A stretch of 33,072 bases of DNA from Blastocystis sp. subtype 4 (Eukaryota). The stretch spans positions 1 through 33,072 of the forward strand of contig NW_014569349.1 of assembly GCF_000743755.1 (NCBI RefSeq), given 5' to 3'. Below are positions 1-11,139 of the stretch, in pieces. How positions within the stretch are numbered: position 1 is the stretch's first letter; each line of letters begins with the position of its first letter. The position numbers and the translations under genes were made by a program. Below the pieces are notes generated by a model, which saw only the letters and a list, made by a program, of their open reading frames with translations, had not been told where the DNA came from and did no database searches.

Positions 1-1479
1 GAGTGGAGTGAATGATTATCAAGTGTTGAATGTTCGAGTGAAGTATTCTGGAGGAGTGGCTGCTTATCTGAATGGAAATCTGGTTGCTCGATTCAATCTG
101 GCTGAAGACTTCGATTCCAACACAGAATCTCTTGCTGTTCATGATTCTAGTGTGTTCTCGAAGTTCCATGTGATTCTGTCAACAGCTGGAATTCAAGAGG
201 GTAACAATGTATTCAGTTTCGAGATTCATCGTCCTTTGGGTGGTTCTTCTGCTGATCCTGTTGTGTTTGATGCTACTGGAGTATTTGGAGTTGAAGACTG
301 TTCTACTGTTGTTGATTCTTATTCCTCTCTCGCTTCGACGGAACTCAACATGGGTACTATAGAAGATATGATGGATCTGGATCCTTACACTTATGGCTCA
401 CTTCCGAACACTGTTGGATCGTTCATCGAATGGAGTGTTGAGAATCTGGTTGGAAGCAAATGGAACTCATTCAGTCTGGTTGGATCGAGTACTGTTAGTT
501 CAATGGGATATTCAATTAAGGCTCATTTCAATCCTTCAGACACACTAGAGGATGGAATTGAAATCATACGTCAATCTATCTCTATAGAGAGTCGAACCAA
601 ATCACACACCCCTGTACCTGTGGCTCTGGCTGGATTCCGGAGCTATCGATGGGAAATATTCAATCCAGACACTGTCGCTTTGAATATTGGTTCTGTTGTG
701 CTGGCCTATTGTAAGGCTTCAGGAGCTGTGTGTCCTGCAATTGACAACTATCCTTCAGTGGGTGAAGGTCAAATCTCTCCTTCTACTTGTCCTGAGGGTT
801 ACAGTGGTTATTCATATCGTGAGTGTTCTGGAGGTGTGTTGGGTGAAGTGAAGATGGATCACTGTCGACAGCTTCTCCCTCTGGATGTTCATTACGAGTA
901 TTCTCGCTTCCAGTTCATAGTCGGTATTCAAGTGACTACTGGAATACCAGTGTATCAGAATATCGTGGAGAAATGGTATCTTGATCAAGGAGTAACACTT
1001 CCCGCGGGGCTGACACTGAATTCTGTAACAGGTGAAATATCAGGAAAACCACAAAGCGAATTAGAGCTCAAGGCGTTTACAGTGTATGCTGAGAATCAGA
1101 GTGGAGTCGTTCTTGTATCTCTTTCTATTGGAGTGAGAAAAGGAACCTGCAAAGCAGAAGGATTATTCCCTGTAACAGCTGTCGGAGATGTTGCTGTTTA
1201 TGAATGCTCTGCACAAGGAAGTTATGTTGGCACACAGAAGCGAGAATGTGTTTTGGGAACGGAAGATGGAGTGTGGAAGAATGCATCAGGTCTCTGTATG
1301 TCGATTGCCCTGATTGTGACAGTGATTGTAGTCGTGATTGTTGTCATTGCCATTGTTATTCTGGTGTTAGTGAGAGTGAATAAGCGAGCTAAAGCTACTG
1401 GAAGAGTTAGAGCCAAGAAAATGACTAAAAAACAGCCCAAACATGGTGAGAAGAAGACTGTGAAAGAGTTGAAGGTTTA
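1..1479 (+). CDS. 3' part of a single-pass surface protein with a putative Ig (He_PIG-like) domain, Cys-rich segments, C-terminal TM and Lys-rich tail; 5'-truncated; stop probably created by poly(A)
   Basis: ORF 8..1543 contains LPAGLTLNSVTGEISGKP (putative Ig-type), hydrophobic IALIVTVIVVVIVVIAIVILVLV and a basic tail ...KKTVKELKV. Next codon TA(1478-79) lies 5 nt before TGTTTGTT (1484-1491). Confidence 0.75.
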
Positions 1480-1483
1480 TGGT

Positions 1484-1491
1484 TGTTTGTT
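1484..1491 (+). terminator. TGTTTGTT downstream polyadenylation element (also + 3417, 18827, 22393, 28599)
   Basis: Exact motif just 3' of plus-strand genes. Confidence 0.85.
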
Positions 1492-1585
1492 ATTGAGAAT
1501 GTTGACAGATTATTTATTGAAACGCTCGAATATTCGATCCTGATTGGTCTATCCAACACAGGTTTTTATCATTCTTGGTATTGTA

Positions 1586-3414
1586 ATGGGTGATTTCTTG
1601 TCCAAATTGTTCATAGATGTGGAAGAAATACCTAATACTTGGTATGGGATGGTTGATATGATTATGGAGAGTTACAATTAGGTCCAACTGGTATTTCTCT
1701 TCTTTGTGTATGCTTTCATTTTGTGTAAGGGAGCAAATCTAATTTCCGATGGAAGTGAACTCCTTCTCTTAGTTCCTAAGTGGTCCGGCTTAATTGGAAG
1801 TATTGTGCTACCGTTCTTGGGAGCAGTCCCGGACTCTGCTATAGGTATATCAATCCGGTATTGTTCAGTTCCTAGTCCTTTTCTCTGGAATGGGGGATCA
1901 AGCAACCGTTGCCAAACAGATTTCCATTGGTGTTGGAGCACTTTCTGGATCGACTATTCTTCTCATCACAATTCCTTGGGCATTGAGCATTTTTGCTGGA
2001 CGTGTTTCTCTAAATGAAAAGGGTGAAGGATTATATTCAAGACCCTTAGATGTGAAAGCTGATGCAAGGAATTTGTGATGTATATCACTATAGGAATTCC
2101 ACAAGTTACAGGATAAGGACAAGAAATCGTTCTCTCACTCTGGTATCAATCTCGATAAGATTGTAAGGAAGAATATTCTCTTCATCATTCTTTCCATGTT
2201 GACTTATCTCTTTATTCAGGTATTCCTTCTCATCCGTATTCATCCAAAGGCCACTAATTTCATTCCTGAACATACTGGTAAGTATTCAAAATGGGTTAGC
2301 ATTGTTGCTTACATCTGTCTGGCCATATCCTTTATCATGATATATATGCCTCCTTCACGGTTACTATGCTCTTATTGTAATGATTTGGTACTTTGTTCAA
2401 CAATACCGTCATTCTCAATCCAACATTGTGAGTGAAGCAATGAAACAGGATTTGATCAAAAAGAGCATTCGAAATGGTTTGGTTAATATTTCTGGTGTTT
2501 TGTGCAGTGAAATTGAAGTAATTGCGATTCCAGAAATCGTCATGATTTAGTCAATCACACAGCCAACTGATGCTTCAACACCTTTGTTGCCTGAGGATGT
2601 GAAAGAGCACACACGAATTCTCCTTCGTGGCTACTGGTTACGATACGATGTTAACAAAGATGGTGTTCTGAATGTACCTGAACTTCGAGTGTTATTACGA
2701 GATTTGGGAGAAGATATGTCAGTAAATGAAGTGGAGGAGATTATGAGGGAGTTCGACAAGGATCGAAGCAATTCCCTAAATTTCGACGAATTTTGCAATT
2801 TCATTCTGACATTGGTAGAACACAAACGAAGTGGAAAATTAACACATGTGGCTGTTGATCCTGCTGGAGTATGTGAGGATGACGAAGAGGAAGAGATGCC
2901 AGAAGATCTTTGTCACCTGACTCCTAAACAGCAGCGGCATCGTATCATAATGAGAGCATTCACCATGATGATCGCAGGAACATTGTTAGTGATATTGTTT
3001 TCAGATCCCATTGTGGATCTATTAGATGTGTTTGGTACACGAACTCATATTAATAGTTTTTACATTTCATTCATTCTTGCCCCATTAATTAGTAATCTGA
3101 GTGAGATCATTGCTTCATTTAACTATGCTGCAAAACAGACTATAAAGGCATCCACCATTAGTATTTGTACATTGCAAGGATCAGCAATTATGAATAATAC
3201 TGTTTGCTTAGGAGTATTCTTGTTGATTATTGCGATTCGTGGATTACAGTGGACATTTGCTGCAGAAACGATTGCTGTACTTGTCGTGGAGATTTGTATT
3301 GTTTGCGTATCGTTGAAAACTACACAGACTTTGTGGACAGCATTATTAGTATTGCTACTCTATCCACTGTCTCTCGTGATTGTGTTTGTCCTTGAAAAGT
3401 GTGGACTTGATTAA
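1586..3414 (+). CDS. EF-hand-containing Na+/Ca2+ exchanger-like protein (NCL/EFCAX type), multi-exon
   Basis: Spliced start MGDFLSKLF.., GANLISDGSELLL, GSIVLPFLGAVPDSA, GVGALSGSTI; two EF hands DVNKDGVLNVPE and DKDRSNSLNFDE; C-terminal FILAPLISNLSE...GSAIMNNTVCLGVFL. TAA at 3412-14. Confidence 0.85.
2325..2364 (+). other. U12-type AT-AC intron (40 nt)
   Basis: ATATCCTTT donor, TCCTTCAC branch-like motif, AC end. Removal repairs a frameshift (ICLA|YALIVMIWYF). Confidence 0.85.
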
Positions 3415-3669
3415 ATTGTTTGTTGGATCATTTCTTCGTTTGGGATCGGTTAATGAGAATCTTTACTCTGTTCCTTACGCTCTCAAATTTGATTGTAGTC
3501 TTGTTTCTGGCATGGACTATTACAATGACTGTGGTGTTTGAATGGGATTTGAGTGAATGTAAAGCCTAGCGAGAATCATGTATATTCTAAAGTCATCTTC
3601 CATGTACAATCAGGAAATGGGATAAATATGTCTTCATGGGAATTCCATTCGTATCATGTTCTTTTCTCC

Positions 3670-3677
3670 AACAAACA
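3670..3677 (-). terminator. TGTTTGTT polyadenylation element on the minus strand (also at 9277, 11121, 18927, 20711, 23699, 28629, 30911, 32253)
   Basis: AACAAACA on + just 3' of minus-strand genes; the 32253 copy has no assigned gene. Confidence 0.85.
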
Positions 3678-3681
3678 TTTG

Positions 3682-6600
3682 ATTCTACATACCGAAAGAT
3701 TTTCATGTCAATATATTCATAACTCAACCGATCCAGCAACGATTGGATGTCCTTCGCAATGTTCATATCTTTCACAGTTGCAATTGCATAGCACAGATTC
3801 AAATACACATGCTTCCCAGAAATTTCACGAACCAACGTTCCTGAACATGTGAGAATGCCACAATGATTATCAGCCAAATTCTACACAATAACTCTTCTAT
3901 TTCTTCATTACCATTCGATTTGTCCGATATCCGCACATTTCATCGTTACATTTCCAACCTGTCAAGTAATACTTGCTGATACTTTGACGAGCATACAATA
4001 ACAACACAGAATGCAAATAACTCTGAGGGAATACAGTGCCACACTACAAATCAAACCAATTCGTAATACTCACATCACATTCAAATCCAACACTTCCCGC
4101 CACTTTCGGCAATTCTCCGCGGAATGAAAATTGTCGGTTGCATACCTTACAATGAATGAGAATGGGATCTGCCTGGCTATACATCACATCATAGTCTGTT
4201 CGCTAATTGTCAATCACTTCATTCAGTTATACTCTAACACGAGGTACAAAAGCACTGATGTAATTCAACTCATCTCTACCACTACCTTCACCCTCCACAG
4301 AGGTGACTTCAAGACCCAGACACTCACATAAATATGACCGAGGAATCTCATCAATTGGACTGATCAACCGATTGACTGTGGGAAGCAACTGATTCCTTAA
4401 ATACCAATCAATGTCTGGTTGAAGAGTTCCATTGGATGCACGAATCTCAGGGATACTATAAGCACGATCTCCCAAAGATCGTTGGAGAGGATTCAAAGGT
4501 TTACAGATCACATATCGAATGAAATCACCAGCGTACAATGAAGGATCCTATTGAATGAATGAAGAATAAGGATATATTCATAATTTGACCATTAGCTTGC
4601 ATTCGTAATGCAACCATCACATGAGGATTGTTCATGTTATTCTTATTGTTATAATCTCGTAATGAATGTGTAAGTGATTTGGTAATGGTGTATTCCTCTA
4701 ATTTCAATTCATTGTTCCTCATCTGATTTGATAGATTCTTCAAGTAATTCCCGATTCGTTCTCGGAAATCATCACGAGAACAAGAAAACAGAATATTCAG
4801 TACATAAAATCCAGCAGATTTGGTTAAAATAGACCAATCTCTGCGTACCAAGTCAATTCCTTTAACTTCTTGTGATGTTTTGATGACTTGATCATTGACT
4901 CCTGTAACTCGCAAGGCAGCATACTTCTTCTTCTTCAGAAGTAACATCTTCTGAAACACATAGTCGATGTCAATCTGAAGATACTTGTATCTTCGATTGA
5001 CTTCTCGTTTTAACAATTCACCAATTCGTAAACAGTCCTTATAATCCTTTGTACCAGTGTTAATCATAATTGAATCTGTGTCTCCGTACACAACCACATA
5101 ACCAGCTTGCTCAGCTAGCTTTAGTGTGTTATGAAGAATGAAACGACCTGTGGTTGTTACGGTTGACGCAATTTCGGTGGCGCAAAATCGGCTGTTATGG
5201 AATCCCAAACATCCGTACATGCTATTGGCTAGAATCTTAAGAGCCAATTGTTTGATATTCAATTGAGTGATCTTCAAAGAATCAGTTTCATGTTTCATAA
5301 GAGATTTGACCTCACGACGTTTCTGTACTAGATATCGAATCAACTAGGAGTCAACTCTCAGGATCAAAGCTACTTTTGGTAAAGGAGCCAATTGGTCTTC
5401 TGGTACTGTTGGTGGTAATGAGGGCACTATCAATCACTCATATCAATGAATAACGACTTGTAAACTCTGCATCTTCAGTAACAATAACATCTCCATCATC
5501 ATCCTGTCCAGTAGGAGTCACCTCTTCAGTGTTCTCGGCTTCATCACTATGTTTCGCTCGTGTGACAGTGGTATAACACAGATTAAACTCTTGAATGATT
5601 GAAGGATACAATGAATTGAAATCCAACACAATCACATAGTCATCATACAATCCTGTTTTTGGTTCCAATACCAGACCTCCTGTATACTTTGCTTTACGTT
5701 TTCCAAGTTTCTGCTTCACATTCTTATCAGGTACAATGAATCCTAATTGTGTGAAACCATGAAGCAAGTAATATTCAACTCTTTCCGATCGATTTGAACG
5801 AAGACAACGATTCCATGGTAATCCAGAAATAGTTGCAATTTGATGAGTCAGTGGGAGAATTTGTAAACCAAAAGACAATTGAGCAATCGCATTCGTATTG
5901 AGAATAAGTGACTTCAGAAGTCCTGAAAGTCGATTTGAATCAGTATACAGAAGTGAGATTTGTTGGTTCTCAAATTCCTGAATCGACAAATTTGCAAACT
6001 TCTTAGCAAGATATGAGAGTGAGTAATCCTCCTCGTGAGTCAGTTCCTTGGCTGAACTATACGTATCAACACAGAGTCGACCACTAAGTAGAACAGAAGG
6101 CAATTCATTCATTAGTACACGTGGGATTGGACTGGTTCGACGAAGTCTGCCTAGTTTGGAACGGTTAAGCTTCAATCGCAGCAGACGAGATTGGAGTACA
6201 GGTAGATCACTACCAAGAATATTATGACCCACAATCACATCAGGATCCTCTGAAGCAATGAAGTCAAACAGAGATCTAAGTAGATCACTCTCCGTGTTCA
6301 TCATATGAGGATTCAACCGGTCTTTCTGTAGTTGAGATTGGAACTGAAGTGGATATGAGAAAGCTGGATAAATCCACTAGAATGGTAAACCAACCCAAAC
6401 AATACACTTGCACTATGATGAGGTTTCTTGGCATAATCTGGAGTTGTCGTTGTGCATGAAACATGATCATATACCGTCGCACAAGCAGCACAAACCACTG
6501 TTTGATTAGTAGAACTCTGAGTGATTGTAGCCAAACTCAGAGAAAGCATTCGAAGAGAAGGAACAGGAGTATGTTCAATAACACTAATCGATCGACAATC

Positions 6601-8380
6601 CATCACTTCAAACTCATGTTGACAGAACGAACGCTTCTCCGTTCGAAGCTTCACATTCTTCACTTCAATCCATTGTGGACCTTTGATTCCTAATGTTATA
6701 AGGAAACTCTCTGTGGCTCTACGATTCAAAACAACTGAACATGACTACGAAGTAGTCGTGCCAAACACATGTTGATAACTCCGACCATGAAGCGAAACTG
6801 GTTGTGTGTATCGACCTGGATACATCACATGAATATAATCTGTCTAGATTTTAGGCATTCCAAAAAACATGGATACTTCTTCAGTTGGGATGCCTTCAAT
6901 TTCAAAAGCATACTTCTTTCGATCAATCCGAAAAGCTATTTCACTTGGAGATTTGATGATATGCTTCATCGAATCTAGAATCTCCTCTTTCACTTCACTA
7001 ACATCGTAACGATCTCCTGAAGGAGATACAGCAGGAAGAAAGTAAAGATGATGGGGTACATTTTGTATGATGAGACATGCACTCTCAAAGGAATTCCCTG
7101 TGGCTACTCGACCAAAGAGATACAATACTCCTGGACTGGTATTAGGATCTTCAAAAATATCAATCAGATAAAAGCGAACAGAAGAAATACCATCCACGGT
7201 CTTTATAACAGAAGTAGAAGCAGATGGAATCGATGGTTTTGATTGGATTTGATCTGTCAGAAGATCGTTAAGAGTTGAGTCCTGCTGAATTACACTCAAT
7301 ACCCGATCAATATTCTCTTCGATCTCTTTCGTGAACTGAGCTGGTGTTACCTTCTGGGAATGACTTGATATATTCACACTCTGAGAACTATTCATATTCT
7401 GATGTGTCTCAGACTTCTCAAAAGCATCCAAGGTAGCCAACAACTCAGAATCCTCTATATCCTGCTTTGGCTCTTCTGGTAACTCTCTGTTCAGTAATTC
7501 CATAATTTCCTCATCATCCATACTGACAGGTTTTGGAGCCAAAACAGGATTCATCTTCTCATATTCATTCATTAGATTTCGATCAATTGGAGTATTCTCT
7601 TCACTCAGTATACTTTGTTGGTTAACCTCCTCCACATCCATCTCAGGTAATTCACTTGCATCATCCACTTCTAGCTTCTTTGAGAGTGGTTCCAGTCTGC
7701 TTTCAAGAGATTCCTGAGGGCGTTTTACAGATGATGGTTCTTCTTCATCGAAGTTTAGAAGTTCATCCAACTGATCTGAAAATCAAGTCTCTCCTCTGCT
7801 TTTACCATCATCCATGACTCCTTTCGTCTTTGTAGGGATCTCTTCTTTCTTTGCTGCTGAAAACTCTTTACCCCTCGAAAAGAAGGCTCGATCAATACGG
7901 CCTCGAACAGTTCCTAAGTTCTCTTTGGCCGATTTTTCGCCCATTTTCATGAACTTCTTCGCTAATTCACCATTTCGGTAGAAATCGTCTATAAGGAATC
8001 CAAACATATCAAATCAAACCATCCTCATCAACAAGATCCTCGCCAAATTCATCTTCACCGTTATCATAATATTCATTCGCAATTGGATCGCCATCTCCTA
8101 CAGAATTAGAATTCAACTGCATAAGATACGATCTCCAACAACAAACTGGCCATTTTTGATACGATCACGAACAATCCTGTCATGCTCCTCTGTGCTTACT
8201 TCATCATACACATTGGATATCTAAATGATCACTTTATCCTCGCTCCAATCTACAATTGGTAATTCTTGTTTCATATCCTCCTCCAGCTACAAGATCACAA
8301 GAAACGAAACAACCACTTACCATTTGACGTGCTTTTGCTGAACGATCAGCATTTCGCCTAGAGCGGCGCCTTCCCTCCAT
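3682..8380 (-). CDS. POLA1: DNA polymerase alpha catalytic subunit, multi-exon; stop created by poly(A)
   Basis: B-family motifs LDFNSLYPSII, KILANSMYGCLG and YGDTDSIM; Pol alpha-type YTGGLVLEPKTGLYD, KGIDLVRRDW, RKKYAFE; two C-terminal Zn modules. Start MEGRRRSRR at 8380. Confidence 0.95.
4533..4575 (-). other. U12-type AT-AC intron (43 nt) in POLA1
   Basis: Minus strand ATATCCTT...ATCCTTCATTGTAC. Joins NGQIMN|AGDFIRYVIC, restoring the Pol alpha frame. Confidence 0.9.
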
Positions 8381-8427
8381 GACTGCTGGTGAATAAACTC
8401 AAAGTGAGAAAAAAGGTGGGAAAAAAG

Positions 8428-8435
8428 CCGCGAAA
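8428..8435 (-). promoter_or_regulatory. E2F-like site TTTCGCGG in the divergent POLA1/GPATCH11 promoter
   Basis: Matches TTTSSCGS about 50 nt upstream of the POLA1 ATG in a CpG-poor sequence. Confidence 0.35.
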
Positions 8436-8527
8436 GGGACATTGGGATGAAAGATTGAAATGATCATTGTGAGATGACTGGAAAGACAATTCCCCACTCT
8501 TTCAGCAAACATCACATAATTGTTGTC

Positions 8528-9226
8528 ATGGATGATTATGACCCTATGGATGCCTTTATGAGGGAGAACGAGTCCCGTAAGATAGAGGAGGACCAGCAGT
8601 GGCAGACTTCCGTGGCTGCTTTTCGAAAAGGTGAAAAACGAGACTATGCTGATTCCGTTTCCATCGATCCACAGGAAATACTGCTTCAGGGATTGAATAA
8701 ACCCATTTCAAATGAATCCTTCGGAATGAAAATGCTCCAGAAAATGGGTTTCAAACCGGGAGATGGTCTGGGTAAGGATGCTGAGGGTATCAAAGAACCA
8801 ATTCCAATCAAATTGAAGTATGATAAAGTGGGGATCGGTCATGAGGAGGAAGAAAAGCGTCAACGGGAAGAATCCGAATACGAAAAGAATATTCGGATAC
8901 TAAGAAATCAAATATACTACAATATGAAGAAGCAGCAATACGATCAGCATGTTCGCCAAAAAGCAGATAGAAAAAACTTGCTAAAGGATCTAAGGCAAGC
9001 TCAAAGTGCCATTGAGATGTTGGACGAAGAGAATGGAAAAGGAAGAAATCCTCTGTTACTGAGTGGTGATGATGATTGTGATGTAGAAGTATTGACTGGA
9101 TGTTTAGAGAAGATGATTCGGTACCTACGATCAACTTATTTCTATTGTATCTATTGTGGGTGTACTTATGACGATGAAGTGGATATGAATATGAACTGTC
9201 CTGGTTGGGGACGAGATGTACATTAA
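8528..9226 (+). CDS. GPATCH11: G-patch domain protein 11-like (G-patch + DUF4187), intronless
   Basis: FGMKMLQKMGFKPGDGLGKDAEGIKEPI (G-patch); C-terminal YLRSTYFYCIYCGCTYDD...CPG...H. Confidence 0.85.
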   Translation: MDDYDPMDAFMRENESRKIEEDQQWQTSVAAFRKGEKRDYADSVSIDPQEILLQGLNKPISNESFGMKMLQKMGFKPGDGLGKDAEGIKEPIPIKLKYDKVGIGHEEEEKRQREESEYEKNIRILRNQIYYNMKKQQYDQHVRQKADRKNLLKDLRQAQSAIEMLDEENGKGRNPLLLSGDDDCDVEVLTGCLEKMIRYLRSTYFYCIYCGCTYDDEVDMNMNCPGWGRDVH

Positions 9227-9286
9227 TGGTTTTAGTTTGCTTGTTTCTTAAGACTACTTAGGAGTTATGAAGAATCAACAAACATA

Positions 9287-10788
9287 TCAAGACCTTTGCG
9301 CAAATCCACCAAGGATCTTTCGAACCGATTTCATTCGATATACTGGAGTGACCTGAGTCTCCTCTTCTTCCACTTCCTCCAACCTGTAATTCTCTGTCTC
9401 TTCTAACTCAATGGATTCATCATCCATCACATTCACTTCCTCCGGAGCTCCGACTGATTCCAGCTCATCCGAATCACTCCCTTCTTCCATCTTCACTACC
9501 GTACACTCTGATTCTTCATTTCCATAGCAAATTGCTTCTACTTCAGGTGAATACCGAACATACCCCAGAGCTTGCCCCATTTTCACTTTCTGGCCTGGTT
9601 TCACAGTCCAAGTGAATTCATCAGATTCAAATGCCAACACAACAGTAGACCCCAACTACTTCTCATTCCCCCAACCCAAACAAACATGAAAAGTACCAAC
9701 TAAATCTCCAGCACATGCATCCACAGAAGGAGAATAGTGCTTTCGATAGCAGTAGTTCTGATTCCTTCTTCTGTATCCTCGCATTCGATTTGTACGCAAA
9801 TCACAGTCTTGAGAATTCGCTAATGAAATGGAACCAACATTATAGGCTCCAACCATACCAAGAGAGAAGAATCCCTGATTCCAGGTTCCTGTTAAAACCA
9901 CTCGTTCGTTAATTGTGAATAAACTCTTCACATTCTGAACAAAATAATTCTTGACTGGCAACAGCTTGCCGGGAAAATGAACACGATCATGAATGCTGAA
10001 TGAACATGGAGAATGAACACGATGATAGTCTGAAGGTGATAAATACAATGTAATTGTATATAATTTGTGAGTAGGATCTAAAAATCAGGAGAAAATGTGG
10101 AATTCACGATCATGGGGAACAGAACATCCTAAAAAGTCGCTAAGCAAGTAACGAATTCCCTTTACTTGGTGAACCTGAAGATTGGGAGTGGTAATAAGAT
10201 TAACATCCATGTAAGATACAGTTCCATCACATGGGGATACCAACACTTGATCATGTTGAATGATCTTACGTGCCTATAAGATAAGAAGCACGTTTCGATT
10301 CTACCCCTTCCTTTAATGAGCGAGTGAAAAACTCATTAGGACTCTTGTAATCTTCGTAAGTTCCTCTAGAATGAAGGAATGAAACGAATCCAACTCAAAT
10401 TCTCCGGTGTTGATTCCAATGAGACGACACATCGATGCATACAGAGGCTTTCGCATAATCTTTGGACTATAAGTAATTTTAGGACAGTTTAGGTACATGT
10501 GGAAACTCATCAAACAACCCATCACACGACTTGAAGTGCGTGTCATTAGCATTGAATACATAGCAATCTAAGTGACAAGAAACGATGGTTTCTACCTGCT
10601 TGGGAGACATTGTTTCCAATTCCCTGGGAGTTGGGTTATCGAGCGAACGAAGGTAACGTTGGCGGTCTTTCCAACCCAAATATATAAGAGCAACGAAACT
10701 TCCAACTAGAATACAACCTACTTAGTAACTTTATCAATTTAATTATACCTATTCCCTTGATAAGGAGAGATGAACTGTTAACACTCAT
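9287..10788 (-). CDS. PISD: Phosphatidylserine decarboxylase proenzyme, multi-exon
   Basis: SPCDG, YLSPSDYHRVHSP, NERVVL, VGAYNVGSI, and the LGST autocleavage site (GTFH|LGSTVVLAFE). N-terminal hydrophobic anchor and acidic C-terminal extension. Confidence 0.92.
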
Positions 10789-11139
10789 ACTGTCTACAAG
10801 TCACCATTACTGTCAAACAAAACAAATCACATCTGCAAGATTCCGTGCCACTTTCTGAGGCACGATACTATTAATTATCTGATGCAATGACGACCAAATC
10901 ATAATTTGATCGTAAAAATGGTTAAAGTCCCAGAATTCGGTTTGCATGCCTTCTAATGGAATGACTTATTCCATCTTTCCATGAAAGTAATTCTGATAGA
11001 CTTATGGAATATGGGTCATGTATTATTACATGTTTGAATCCTAGTACTGAGTAAAGTCATTCGCAAAGAGGGTTCATTCCGGTATTCTTCTCTCTTTATG
11101 GTACCACAAGGAATGGTATCAACAAACAAATAAACCACC

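Noticed and set aside
1480..1543. C-terminal extension YGCLLLRM... of the first ORF
   Set aside because: Lies beyond the predicted poly(A) site and includes the TGTTTGTT motif.
6845..8129. POLA1 introns starting GTATCCAT and GTATCTTA as U12-type
   Set aside because: Imperfect donors, 32-33 nt long, and no CCTTNA branch motif; more likely U2.
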